A stretch of 64,000 nucleotides of DNA from Saprolegnia diclina VS20 (Eukaryota), in assembly GCF_000281045.1 (NCBI RefSeq), contig NW_008246116.1, positions 91,278 to 155,277 of the forward strand. The letters run 5' to 3'. Under the pieces are notes generated by a model. It did no database searches and was not told the DNA's origin. It saw only the letters and a list, made by a program, of their open reading frames with translations. Shown here piece by piece: positions 13,186 to 24,892 of the stretch (its first letter is position 1; every line of letters begins with the position of its first letter). Position numbers and translations under genes: made by a program.

Positions 13186-16100
13186 CTAATCGGTGAGAGG
13201 AATCGCGTGCCGGAGGTGCAACGGCGTGTCGGCTTCGGGCAACAGCGAAATTGCAAACGTCCGCCACGTCTTGACGTCAAAAACGTACATGACACGCCCG
13301 CGACGGACGCTCAGAAGTCCGCTGTAGACCGCCGATGCGCGGTCGAGGTACACGAGATGGCGGTAGCGCCACGCGTCGTGCGCAAAGAGGTACGTCGCAC
13401 CTGACGAAAGCCAGTAGGAGAGTACGCGCGAATGGCGCGCTGCACCCTTGAGCTGCCGCGCGCAGAGGTAGCAGAGACCGTGGGCGCCAAGCACGAGGAG
13501 ACCGAGAAGCAGCGTGCGACTTGCGTGTCCGATCGTGACCGAGGCAGCAAGGCACGTAAACTGAAAGTCGACTTGGATCAGGCGACAGTCGGATGGCGGC
13601 GTCACCGTCACGGCGTGGGCTGGTGGCCACACGACACTCAAGAGCGATGCGACGACCCACACTAAGGTCGTGTTGAGGAGCGTGAACGACGGCGTGAGTT
13701 CGCGCGTGGCGATGATCCAAATGTCGATCGAGACGGCGCTGAGCCACGTGACTTCGCTGGCGGCGAGTAGCGTCGTGTACCACGGATTCGTCTGCGTCCG
13801 CAGCATTAAAAAGTTGTCATTTTGGCCGCGCTCGAGCCGCAGCATAGCTGTCGAGAGAATCGAGATTGCCGTGAGACTTCGAAGCAGCAGAAGCGGTCGT
13901 CCGACCCACGTGACGCTGCCGACACTGTGCAAGGACCAGAGATTCCGTCCCTCGATGCAACCGCAGCCGAGAAGCACGTAGACGCCCGTGACGGTTGCCA
14001 GCGCCAAGGTGACCGTCGTGACGTACTGAACACCGGCGGTCGCATACGCCGCAAACGTTGTCGGGAGTTCGCTTCTGTCGACGGTGTTCTCGAGGTATTG
14101 GATGAGGTCCGAGAGCAGCGTCATGATCCCGTTGTCACCTTCAAAGAGCACGACCTCCCGCCGGCCGAGCACCCAATCAAAGAGGAACCACCACGCAAAA
14201 AACGTAAATGGGTCGTCGTCGTCGAATCGCAGCGGGTACTCGAAGACACGGACATCGACGACCGAGACGTTGAGCGTTCCGAGTTGAAACAAGCTGATAT
14301 TCATGTGGCGGAGATCAACCACGAGCGATGTCAGTACCGGTGTTGGGGGTAGCGGCGCCGCTTCCAAGAACGCAGTTGCCGCCACGAGCCCCGCATGACA
14401 GGCCGATGCGCCGCTCACCTCTTGCGCACACAGCCGCGTCCAGTTGGCACTTGTCAGCATCGTCGCAAAGATAAACGCTTCGGGCGTCGGGTACAGTGTA
14501 CTCTGCAGCGGCGACGGTGCGCAAATGCCGTCGCTCAAGAAGAGTGTCAGCAGACCCGTCGAGATCTTGGCTCCTGCCGAGACAAGGCTGATGTCGCAGA
14601 GCGGCGAGCCGCCCAGAGCGATAAAGTCGAGCTGCAGCCACGCCTCGGGCACAACCAGGTAGTTGAAGTTGACGCTGGTGCCAAGAGTGACGTACGCCGT
14701 ACCGGCTTCTAACGAAGCGACACGGCCGACCGTCACAGCGCTCGAGAACGCCCGCACGACATCTACCAATGCTTCCGGCGCGGGTACGTACGTCATGTCG
14801 ATGGTGCCAAACGGCCCGAGACGCTGGCGCGTGGCGGCCAAACCCACGCCGAGCGGACTCGGCAGTGTCCCGTTCCGCATCAGGAGGGACTCGGCATTGA
14901 TTGCCTCCAAGAGGTAATGGGGCAACCCTCGTAGGAGCGACGTGCCATTGACGTAGCGTTCGCTGGTATTTCCGCTGCCGTAGAGCGCTGCGAGCGGCCA
15001 GTACATTTTGTACGAGGTCTGCGCCGCCAAGCGGAACCGCCCGCTCGTGCTGGAAATGGTGAAATGGAACAAGGCGCCGTACGCATTCGAGATATCGTAG
15101 TGCAGTTGCAGGCCCAGTATCTTGTAGTTTTGCCACATGGAAACATAGCGAAACACATTGTGCGTGGTCCAAAAGCCAACTTCGTCCGGCAATTGCAACA
15201 GCGGCGCGTACAGCGAACGTGCCAAGAACGCGCGGCCGTCGAGCGAGGCGTCGAGGGCTTTGTGCGTTGAATCAAAGGCGCCGTTGCCACAGGCCAGCCA
15301 CGCGCTTGCCTCCAAGTTGCGCAGGTGCAGCTCCAAGAAGACCGCGCCGTTCGACAACGTTGCGCGTCGGTGGCAGCGGGCTTGGCGCGCCGACGAAAAG
15401 GCGAGCTCCCAGCGTCGCTCGACATCCAAGAAACAGTACGCCGTCGCGATCCACGGCACGCTGCACGCATCGGCCGACCGCAGACTCGAGACAACCGATG
15501 CAATGTCGCTCGCCATGGCCAGTTGCTGGGTCGCCGCAAGGTTGGCTGGTGTCTTGATGCTAGTGGTCGTTGTGCTCGCGAGCACGTTGGTGTTGCTCGT
15601 GGTGAGTGAATTCACGTCGGCTGCACCCAGAAGCCGCAGGTGCACAAATGTTGATGCCAAGAAGACGTGCATGGTGCTCATGTTGAAGTCGGGCCAAAAC
15701 ACATCGTTCGTCAAGTGACCGGCCGAGACTTGGAGGTACGAGACGCTGCCGCCGATCGACACCAGCATGTAGAGGACCCCGACGTGTGCGAGCACCTGTT
15801 TCAAGAAAGGCCGGTGCACCACGACAGGCAACTCGCTGGCGGTCTCGGCTGGGACAGCGTGTAGGGTCGGCAGTGGCAGATGGAGGCAGTGCGCCGTCGC
15901 CTCAAACGGCCGGGTACTCCACAGCGGTATATGAAAGACAACACCAAGAGACCGAATCGGAATTGAACCGGCGAGAACGCACGCGACGCGGTCAAAGCCG
16001 GTGGGGGGTTGTACAGGCTGCAAGAGAGCATTCGCGGCCGCAGAGAGTGCCACGTATTTTTCATTCGGGGTGTGATGTTGTTTCCGTCGATACCACGCGA

Positions 16101-18435
16101 CAAGAGGCAGCAGTACGAGCCCTATGCCGAGCTGAACGCTGACGAGAAGCCAAAGACGCGAGGTGGACCCGACGGCCACGACCGCGCTGCGGCAGTGCAA
16201 GAGGTGGTCCATTTGTGTCGCAGAGCAATTTCGATCCAGAATGCCAGTCAAGTCGACGGGCCAGACCAGTGTGATAGCGAAGTGACACAGCCACACGACG
16301 AGACTTGCTGTCGGTCCCACGACAATCGGGTCGCGCGTCAGCACGAGCGTTAGGTCGCCGAGCGCGACGGTGAGCCACGTTGCTTCGGTCGTGAGCACAA
16401 TGGTCGATAGAACTGGCCGTCGGCGCCACGTTAGCATCGACGTCATCTGTCCTCGCCCCAAGACGATTTCAGCCGAGCTCAGTAGGATCAGCGCAGTGCT
16501 GCCCCGCAGCGCCATGATGGGCCGACCGAGCCAGACGGCGCCGACGAGACGGTGAAACGCGAGAAGGTTGGCGCTCACAACCGACTTGGAAATGTGCAAC
16601 AGCACAAGGAGTGCGACGACGACAATGACAGCACTCGCATAGTAGACAATATAGAGCACAAAGCGAGACGCCCTCGTGAGCACGCGGGCGCTGTCGGCCA
16701 TCGTGTACGGCGTGTAGCGAGCCGAAACGAGCGCCAGCGCGCCTTCGTCACCATCAAAGACGACGGCCTCGCGGTCCCCAAGTGCCCACTCGTACAGGTA
16801 GATCCACCCAAAGAACGTATGCAGCGACGCAGGATCGACAAGCGGCGCGTCGAGAAGTCGCCACTCGGACCCGTTCGAGGCAAATTGCATGATGCTAAGC
16901 CCCGTCGCGCGCACGTCAGTGGCTGCCTGCGCCAGCGCTGCAACAAGCGAGTCATGGCGCCAATGGGCGAGCTCGATGGCCGCGGCGTCGAGCTGCGCGC
17001 TGCACGCTGGTGCGCGCGTCTGAAGTGCGCAAATGGCGTGCGTGCGCTGTATAGCGTCCGGCGTGGCGAGCAGAGAGAGCAAGGTGGCGTCCCACGACAG
17101 CTCGAGCTGGAGCGGCGGCTGCGCGTCGCACACGTCATAGTAGCTAAACATGGCCTGCACAATTTGTCTCGGAGCGCCATGGAGACAAAAGGGGTTGCCG
17201 CCGTAATATACCAATCGCGGGTCCAGCGTCCACGCAGGCGGCACCGGGTCGACGACCAAGCTTGGAGGCCACGGCGAGTCGAGAACCGTGCGCGCCAAGT
17301 TGAGTTGAAAGAGCTCCACCGCACGCCAGAGCGACGGCGGCACCGCGAGAAAGTACAAGTCGATCGACAAGAACGGGCCAATGCGACGTCGGACAAGATC
17401 CGTCTGGTTGACAAACACATTGTCGTCGTTGGTGAGGCCTAAAAACCCCTCCAAGTCACCCGTCGACGTCGGCTGCCCGAGACGAAAGTCGTTGGGTGAT
17501 GTGGCAATCAGGCTTTGGTTGCAAAGCTGCATAAAGTACAAGTCGTTGTAGAAGAACCAGTACGCGTATAGAGACGTCCAGCCCGTGCGCTGGAACGGCG
17601 AGTCCTTGACGACCACGTCGAAGGTTAACCCGAGTGCATTTTGCAGCGCGACAACTTCTTGGAGGCCGGTCTCGGCAGCGTTTTGCCACATCATGGTAAA
17701 CGTCGTCAAGTTATTGGCCGCCCAGAGCGCAACTTCATCGGCGACACTCGTGCGGTGCCATGCATTGGCCGTGTTGCGCAACCAGGCTTGGCCAAAAGCA
17801 GTTGCTTCGAGGCCATTTTGAAGGCCCACGGTGAACATACCGCCGACGCCACCGTACACGGCGAGGAAGGCGTCCCAAGGAATGTTGCGGAGCACCGACT
17901 CCAAGTACACGGCACTGTTGTGTCGGTACCGAAGCGCGCACCGCGCTTGTCGTTTGGCCGTGTGTGCAATCTCAAAGACACGTTCAAAGTCCACGTAGCA
18001 GTACTGCGCACCCACCCAAAGCGCGTCGCTTGCTGGTAGCGTCCGAAGGTTTGTCACTGCATAGGTGAGCGACGTGAGGTTCGTGAGCAGCAAATAGCGC
18101 GTGTATGTCGCGTGCATGCTGACGCGCGTTGGTGACGCGCTATAGTCGCGGCGCTGCATGGCTCTCGGCGAGAGCAAGTCAAAGATAGTCGACTCAACGG
18201 ACGTTGGCGCCAGCAAGGTGTTGGCGGCGTCGATCAAGAAGGCTTCGTATCCGGTCGTGTTGTACTCGGGCCACCATAAATCGTTGGCAAAGGCGGGCGC
18301 GAGCAGTCCGAGGTAATAGATCCCTGCGGCGATCGAGACGCACATGGAGAGGGCGCTGCATAGTACACGCCCCAGTTGGTGGCGTGGAAGCGACCGAATG
18401 TGGTCGGCCACCGGGCCCGGCACGACGCGGTGCAT
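13186..18435 (-). CDS. Large intronless multi-pass membrane protein of unknown function with two homologous halves
   Basis: 1766-codon ORF (first ATG at 18435). Duplicated motifs NDLWWPEYN/NDVFWPDFN, YCYVDFER..RQARC/YCFLDVER..RQARC, WQN/WQN, VWLGRP/TWVGRP, plus hydrophobic helix clusters. Confidence 0.85.
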   Translation of the reverse strand: MHRVVPGPVADHIRSLPRHQLGRVLCSALSMCVSIAAGIYYLGLLAPAFANDLWWPEYNTTGYEAFLIDAANTLLAPTSVESTIFDLLSPRAMQRRDYSASPTRVSMHATYTRYLLLTNLTSLTYAVTNLRTLPASDALWVGAQYCYVDFERVFEIAHTAKRQARCALRYRHNSAVYLESVLRNIPWDAFLAVYGGVGGMFTVGLQNGLEATAFGQAWLRNTANAWHRTSVADEVALWAANNLTTFTMMWQNAAETGLQEVVALQNALGLTFDVVVKDSPFQRTGWTSLYAYWFFYNDLYFMQLCNQSLIATSPNDFRLGQPTSTGDLEGFLGLTNDDNVFVNQTDLVRRRIGPFLSIDLYFLAVPPSLWRAVELFQLNLARTVLDSPWPPSLVVDPVPPAWTLDPRLVYYGGNPFCLHGAPRQIVQAMFSYYDVCDAQPPLQLELSWDATLLSLLATPDAIQRTHAICALQTRAPACSAQLDAAAIELAHWRHDSLVAALAQAATDVRATGLSIMQFASNGSEWRLLDAPLVDPASLHTFFGWIYLYEWALGDREAVVFDGDEGALALVSARYTPYTMADSARVLTRASRFVLYIVYYASAVIVVVALLVLLHISKSVVSANLLAFHRLVGAVWLGRPIMALRGSTALILLSSAEIVLGRGQMTSMLTWRRRPVLSTIVLTTEATWLTVALGDLTLVLTRDPIVVGPTASLVVWLCHFAITLVWPVDLTGILDRNCSATQMDHLLHCRSAVVAVGSTSRLWLLVSVQLGIGLVLLPLVAWYRRKQHHTPNEKYVALSAAANALLQPVQPPTGFDRVACVLAGSIPIRSLGVVFHIPLWSTRPFEATAHCLHLPLPTLHAVPAETASELPVVVHRPFLKQVLAHVGVLYMLVSIGGSVSYLQVSAGHLTNDVFWPDFNMSTMHVFLASTFVHLRLLGAADVNSLTTSNTNVLASTTTTSIKTPANLAATQQLAMASDIASVVSSLRSADACSVPWIATAYCFLDVERRWELAFSSARQARCHRRATLSNGAVFLELHLRNLEASAWLACGNGAFDSTHKALDASLDGRAFLARSLYAPLLQLPDEVGFWTTHNVFRYVSMWQNYKILGLQLHYDISNAYGALFHFTISSTSGRFRLAAQTSYKMYWPLAALYGSGNTSERYVNGTSLLRGLPHYLLEAINAESLLMRNGTLPSPLGVGLAATRQRLGPFGTIDMTYVPAPEALVDVVRAFSSAVTVGRVASLEAGTAYVTLGTSVNFNYLVVPEAWLQLDFIALGGSPLCDISLVSAGAKISTGLLTLFLSDGICAPSPLQSTLYPTPEAFIFATMLTSANWTRLCAQEVSGASACHAGLVAATAFLEAAPLPPTPVLTSLVVDLRHMNISLFQLGTLNVSVVDVRVFEYPLRFDDDDPFTFFAWWFLFDWVLGRREVVLFEGDNGIMTLLSDLIQYLENTVDRSELPTTFAAYATAGVQYVTTVTLALATVTGVYVLLGCGCIEGRNLWSLHSVGSVTWVGRPLLLLRSLTAISILSTAMLRLERGQNDNFLMLRTQTNPWYTTLLAASEVTWLSAVSIDIWIIATRELTPSFTLLNTTLVWVVASLLSVVWPPAHAVTVTPPSDCRLIQVDFQFTCLAASVTIGHASRTLLLGLLVLGAHGLCYLCARQLKGAARHSRVLSYWLSSGATYLFAHDAWRYRHLVYLDRASAVYSGLLSVRRGRVMYVFDVKTWRTFAISLLPEADTPLHLRHAIPLTD

Positions 18436-19125
18436 CGCGTCAACGGCCGCCTGTTTAGTGGCCGTTACAAGCTCATGACGTGGCACGCTGCGATACCAGT
18501 ACCCGTTTCATTTTGGGTTCCGAGATTGCATTTTTGCGCCGAAAGCATAATTACGCTTTGGTTGCACCAAGAGGGTGGACATCCGCGTAGGACAACTCGT
18601 GCATGTATTGTCAACCAACGCGCTGCAATCTGGGCCGGCCCTCGGTGGACGTTGGCCACCCATCGCTGCCTGCGGACGATCTGCAAGATACAATCACAGC
18701 GCCCCGTGCGATAATCCCTTCGTAGTGCCTCCCACTGTGCCCTTTCGAATATGCTTCCGAGTCGTCTTCACGTGCGGTCCGACTCGTGTAGCGCGTGATA
18801 AGGAGCGACCTTGCACACCGCGGGGTGCCTGTCTATCGCATTTGGAACTTGGATTCTGACAAGTTGTCTTGGGAAAGCAGTGAGATGCTGTACTACACCG
18901 GGACAAGAGGACACTTGACCGCAACTCGTCCCATTCCAGTCAACCGCTGGATTCCGGCTTGGATCGCTTTCGCTGGTCACGCCACGCCGGCGTTACGGCA
19001 TTTGATTGGTGGATATTCTCTATTGTATATCTTATCTGAATAAAAATCACTTGGCTTTCGTATGCCTCAAAATATTTTTATGCACGGCGGAAGTGATTGG
19101 ACCAGCCGTGGTGCAATTTCCTACG

Positions 19126-20202
19126 ATGGCACCGCCGACCAAGCCCACCAAGCCGGCCAAGAAGGCCAAGCAGGTCAAGCCGCTCGCGGTCGCGCCGGGC
19201 AGCAACTGGCAAAAGCTCAAGGCCGCCGTCGCCAAGCCGGCCTCCAACAAGCCCAAGAAGCACGACCTCGCGCCCGCGCCCAAGGCCAGAAAGGTCAAGG
19301 CGGCGCCCAGCGTCGACTGGATCGACACGAGCCTCATCGTGGCGATGGATTGCGAAATGGTCGGCGTCGGCTCGGACGGCAAGCGCAGTGTGCTCGCTCG
19401 CTGCAGTATCGTCGACTTTGAGGGCAACGTCGTCTACGACGAGCACGTCAAGCCGCTCGAGCGCGTCACCGACTTTCGCACGCACGTCAGTGGCATCCGC
19501 GCCAAGTCGCTGCGTGACGCGCTTCCGTTCGAGCAGGTCCGGTTGGCGATATAGTGCTGCTAACCACGTCAATGTCTCTAGTGCCAGAAGGACGTGGCCG
19601 CCATCTTTGACGGCAAGATCGTCGTCGGTCATGCCATCCGCAACGATATGCAGGTCGACACATCGCGCTCAGAGACAATGGACTTACAAATTACGTTTTG
19701 TAGGCGCTCATGCTCACCCACCCCAAGGGTCAGATCCGGGACACGACCAAGTACCGGCCGTACATGCGCCGCAAGGTCAACGGCACGGTACTGCATCTCG
19801 CTTTGTGTATACGCATCGTCTCACATGTGCTCCTATCAGAAACTGTACCCCAAGGCGCTCAAGCACCTCGCCGAAGAAGTGCTGCACAAGACGATCCAGA
19901 CGGGCGAGCACGACTCGGTCGAAGATGCGCGCATCACGCTCGAGCTCTACAAGCGCGCGATGGGTCCGTGGGAGAAAGCCATCAAAGCCAGCAAGGCGCC
20001 GGGCCTCCTCGTGGGTCAGCAGCCGCCCAAGCTCCACCCCAAGACAAAGGCGGTCATCTCCGACACGCCCGCGACCGTCGACTCGGACGAAGACGAGTTT
20101 GACGCTGCGATCCGCAACATGGAGCAAGGTCGTGTCAAGGCCACGAAAGGCTTTGCGATTCCTGACGCCAAGCAGCTGTCGCTGGCCGAGTACGACGAAT
20201 AA
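19126..20202 (+). CDS. REX4: RNA exonuclease 4 (DEDDh 3'-5' exonuclease); multi-exon
   Basis: VAMDCEMVGVG, VTDFRTHVSGIR, VVGHAIRND, IQTGEHDSVEDAR; N-terminal SNWQKL motif. Confidence 0.9.
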
Positions 20203-20362
20203 CTCGACGTCAATCGATAGATATACATCACCACGTATCCTAATCTTGTCGGCCGGGGGTTGTCCACCGCCGACTGTCTTTCCGTCGACTTGAATTTTTT
20301 GAGATGCGGCCGTTGGACGATGCCTCGTCGCTCGCTGTCGTCGTCACAACGCATTTCACGAG

Positions 20363-21883
20363 ATGGTGCCCACCCACATTGAGCTCGACGCGCCCGACGG
20401 CTACAACCACACGGTGACGCCCAAGGTCCTTCCCGACGTGACGTCGCCCCGCACGACGCCACCGCTGCCGGGCTGCAGCGTGGCCTTTCTGTTTCTCCTC
20501 GCAGCCCCCAAGATGGCCATGAACATGGCGTGGGCCGCGCAGTGGGCTGCGTTTGGTCCGCTTCTCGAGACGATGGTGCCCAGCTGGGCCGTGCAGCTCA
20601 TCCAGATTGTCGGGCCCATGACCGGGCTCCTCGTCGCGCCGACCGTCGGCGTGCTCAGCGACGCGTGCACGAGGTACACAACTGCGATTCTCGGTCTTTT
20701 CTCAATACCATGTAGCGGCTACGGGCGTCGGCGGCCGTTCCTTTTGTTTGGCGCGATCACCAGCGCGCTCTGCTGGCTGCTCATGATGTTTGCCCGCGAG
20801 ATTGGTGTCGCCCTCGGTGACGCCGGCACGCACCAGCCGATGACGGCGCTTGTCACGATCGTCTGCTACGTGTGGATGGACATGTCGGTCAACATCACCC
20901 AGACCCCGGTCAACCTCATCGTCGCCGACTTTGCGGGGCCGCGCCAAGTGCTCGCGGCGTCGATCGGCCAAGGCTACGCGATCGCCGGCTCGTTTTGCGT
21001 CTCGGGCTACATCTTGGCGTTTGGCCCGGCCCACGAGTCGATCCACGCTTTTCTCGGTATGCTCATCGGCGTCATGCTGCTCACGGTGCTGCCCGTGTGC
21101 CTCTTTGCCAAGGAGACGCCGCTGTCGCTGCCCGACGCCCCCATTGCACGCTGCACCCGCGTCCTCCATGCGTTTGGCGCGGTCTACACGGGCCTCAAGA
21201 CGCTGCCGCGGGACTTGGTCGCATTTTGCGTCTGCTTCTTGCTCGTGCAGTACGGCTACACGGCTTACAACGGGGCCAAAGGCCAGTTTTTCGGGCTTGT
21301 GGTCTTGGACGGCGACGCCAGCGGTGCCAACGCCTGCGGCAGCGTACGCATGACCTTGAATCTCTCGCTTGTCTGATGCAGGATTGCGTAGAGCTGTTCG
21401 CTGAAGCAAGATGCGTACAACCGAGGCGTCGCGCTCGCGGGCGGCGTCACCGACACGCTCTTCAACGTTGTCGGCCTGCTCTACATGGTGCTGCTGCCGT
21501 ATCTGGTCGCTGCCGCCGGCGCCAAGTGGGTGCTGACGCTCTCGATGCTGCCCCAGGCGCTCCTCATCGTCATGGCGTTCTCCAAAATGGTGACGCTCAA
21601 CGTGGTCCTCGTCGTCCTCTGCGCGATCACGCAGAACGCGCTCTTTGCGATGCAAATCCCAGTCATTCTCCACGTCGTTGGCCACGGCGAAGACAACAAG
21701 CTCGGTTTGTACGCCGGCGCCTTCAACTCGGCCAACTGCGCCGGGCAGCTGCTCAACTTTGCCGCCGCGTCGGCGCTCGTGCAGACATCGATGGGCCACG
21801 CCCTCCCGGTGCTCGTTGGCGGCGTCGTCAGCCTCGCGGCCGTCGTCGTCGCGGCTGTCGCCCTCGAAATGCCAGGCATGTAG
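20363..21883 (+). CDS. GPH-family (SUC/SLC45-like) sugar:cation symporter, MFS; multi-exon
   Basis: GPMTGLLVAPTVGVLSD, YGRRRPF, GLYAGAFNSANCAGQ and about 12 hydrophobic segments. Confidence 0.88.
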
Positions 21884-21968
21884 TCGCTGTCTGCTCTAAA
21901 TCTTGTGGAATTGCATTTGGCGCTTGCAATGAAGTCGAGAGGTATAGACACACGAGTACTTGGGGTAG

Positions 21969-23212
21969 TTAGTCGTCGTCTTCGCTCAGTTGTCGGGGGC
22001 GAGGGACGCCGAGGTCGTCGTCGCCGTTGTAAAATGTTGTCAGGTCGACGTCCGGCTCGACCACGAGCTCAATCGACTCGAGGCGCGCCCGCTGCGTCGC
22101 TTCGGCGTCGTCCGACACTAGATTCGCATGAGAATGAATGGTCTCAGAGGGCTGGCAGCGTCGTACGGTGTGTGGGCGCGTGGCCCTGGTATGTCATGAG
22201 CGCTTGGTACGTCTTGAGATCCTTCTCAAACGCATCTCCGAGAGCCCTTCGCCTGCGAGAACGTATGAGTCGTCGTCTCGGGGACCATGAGGAGGACGCA
22301 ACGCACCGCTCTTCCTGGCGCTGGCGCATGCGAGCTTCCTTTTGCACCAAAAGCGTGTGCTCGTGCTGTTCTAGCTCGGTTTGCTACACGTCTACTGGTG
22401 GTGCGACGTTCCGCAAGCGCCTCCTACCTGCTGCGACGCAAAGTGGGCATTCGCAAGCGTCAAGTGGTCTTCGGTGCACGTCCTACGCGTCGCGTGGGTG
22501 AGTGCCAGCGGCATACAGCGGATGCGAGGATGCTACATGAGGTGCTGCTCGGCGTCCTCGAACGCGAGGACGAGCGCTTGAATCGTGTTGCTACACACGT
22601 CAGCATGAGCTGTGGATGGTCAACGATCGAGCCTACCGAATCGAGCGCACGTCGTCAGCGATCTGCGTGAGGCTGCCAAAGTTGTGCTGAATGTACAATG
22701 CGCTGTGCGCTTCTTCGGCAACCCGACGGCGGGTTGCAGCGAGCTTGGTGGATAAGTGCTCGCCGCTAGATGCGCCGGCTAGATGAGCGTCATGGATGGT
22801 CGAGACGGCGCCTGTACCTTTCCAAGAGCGCTTTGTGGCCCGTGTGGACTTGTTCTTGGCGGTACGCGAGCGCGGCAAAGAACGGGCCGCCCACGACGTC
22901 GTCGGCGTCCTTGGCCCCGAGCGGCGGCGGCGCGCTCTGCACGACGGGGGCGACGACGACCTGCGCCGTCGCGGACGCCACGGCAGTTATCTTCTCCGAT
23001 GCCGAGTTGACGCTCGAGTGCATGCGGTTGTTGATGTCGATGGACGCGTTGTTGACGGTCGTGATCGTAGCCGTGGCCACGGCGCCGAGGCGCTCGGACG
23101 CGGTGCTGAGGTTCACAGCCATGCGCTGGTTCATGTCCACAGCGTGGCCCTCGACCTGCGACTTGAGCTGCTTGGAGCTTTCGAGCACGCGGAGCTTGAG
23201 GTTGTCCAGCAT
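21969..23212 (-). CDS. Coiled-coil protein, possibly dysbindin-like (BLOC-1 subunit); multi-exon
   Basis: Manual splicing gives MLDNLKLRVLES.., ..ERRRALGDAFEKDLKTY.. and an acidic tail LESIELVVEPDVDLTTFY..DDD*. Resembles dysbindin motifs as recalled. Confidence 0.5.
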
Positions 23213-23986
23213 GCTACGTCGGTCGCCGTCCCAACTGCCACCCTTCGAAATGAAAAATGCTAGAAAAACACTTTTTTAATTCTTTTTAAATATTATCTCA
23301 TCGCATTTTCTGCCGGTATCTTGCGCGCCGCTCGCCATTCTCGCAGCATTGGTCAGTGCTGTGACCGCGTTGTACGCAGGTGCATTAGCCTTGGCCGTGT
23401 GTACTAGCGAGCAACATACACTGGGGGCACGCTGGCCACCGACGCACTGGAATGTCTCTGCGTGGTACCGCTGGGCGGGAACTCAGTCCCGTGCGCCACC
23501 TGAAACGCCAGCTTTGTCGAGATCCGGAGTCACAATTGCAGACAATAAATATTGGAAAAATTGAATTGTGCACTTTGGACAGATTGGGGTGTCGTTGACA
23601 CACCACGTTATCAACTGGCTTGGGTGATGGATCGCTCGGAGCTCTGGGTTCCCGTTTCCAACCATCGCATTTGATGACCGAAAAAAGTACCGAGTCACAC
23701 ACTACCCGTCACAACTCCGAGTCACGCAATTCATCACACCTGGGGCCATCGAGTCAGCACCAAATGTATCACCTACAGTCTGGCCGTCCACGTGGTGCCA
23801 ACTAGATGACGCATTCTGCATGAGACTTCACCCACAGTTGCGCAAGGTGATTCTTTGGACAATTGTCATGGTCGCTTTCATAAGGTCTGTCAGTGCGAGG
23901 ATCGATCCGCGGACCGAATGCATTGCCCAACCACCAGGTGCCGACGACCGAAAATCAAGTTATCCTGTGTACTAGTAGTACTGGAA

Positions 23987-24892
23987 CTACTTTGGCGAGA
24001 AGTCGTACAAGCTGAGCGTCGAGATCGCGCCAGCGGCGCTCAGCGCAGAAATGTCAGTGCGCAGTGGCGACGACGTGCCGAGACTGAGGTCGATCCACGT
24101 GCCGGACAGCACCTCCCACGTCGGACAAGTCGAGACGCCTTCCGTGCTGCACACAATCGTCGACGCTGGGGTGAGCCCGCAGAGGCGGTTGTCGAAAAAG
24201 CCAATCGCGACCTTGGTGAACTGCGGACCACCAATGGCCGACCACTCACCGACGACAACACTCGTGTCGTTCCTGGCGTAGCTCGCGTAAAAGAGGCTGC
24301 CGCTCGCAGTGACGCCAACGATACTGTCGTCCGAAAGCGCGAGCTGCGTCAGCGTCAGACCGCCATCGCTCACAGCCTGCAACGCCAGCGCGCCTGATGT
24401 CACGAGACCGCACTGGAGCCCACCAGTCGTCGGGACGATGCAGACGCTGGCCTCTTGCGTTGCGAGAGCCGTCAGCGGTGGCACAGTCGTGCACGGATAC
24501 GCTGGATCGACGTTGAACTCGTGGACGCAGAGGCGGTCTGGACTCGCAATGTGCGACACGAGCGACGAGAGCGCGCCGGCAAAGTGGAGGATCGGGCCGT
24601 CGAGGTGCATTGGCATGTTGTAAATGCTCTGGGAGTCGGCGCCGGTGGCACCGCCGGCGCATGACTGGTACTTGTCCGTGGCGAGTAGCGTGTGCGGGGG
24701 CTGCACCGACGTCGTGAGCACGTCTCGCAAGACCCGGGGGCTCGGAGGCGCCCAGTTTGTCGCACACGTTGGCGCTGGGGTCGGGCTCGCAGTCGGCGCT
24801 GGAGTTGGGGCGACTGTCGGCATGTCGCCGCAGGCTGAGTGACTGGTGACGACGCCAAAAGCCGCCGTGAGAAAGCTAGCAACGCGGTACAT
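23987..24892 (-). CDS. Putative secreted protein with Pro/Thr linker and beta-propeller (tectonin-like) repeats
   Basis: ATG 24892 with hydrophobic N-terminus, PTPAPT repeats, then repeats such as LTQLALSDDSIVGVT, WSAIGGPQFTKVAIG..LCGLT and WEVLSGTWIDLSLG. Confidence 0.6.
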   Translation of the reverse strand: MYRVASFLTAAFGVVTSHSACGDMPTVAPTPAPTASPTPAPTCATNWAPPSPRVLRDVLTTSVQPPHTLLATDKYQSCAGGATGADSQSIYNMPMHLDGPILHFAGALSSLVSHIASPDRLCVHEFNVDPAYPCTTVPPLTALATQEASVCIVPTTGGLQCGLVTSGALALQAVSDGGLTLTQLALSDDSIVGVTASGSLFYASYARNDTSVVVGEWSAIGGPQFTKVAIGFFDNRLCGLTPASTIVCSTEGVSTCPTWEVLSGTWIDLSLGTSSPLRTDISALSAAGAISTLSLYDFSPK

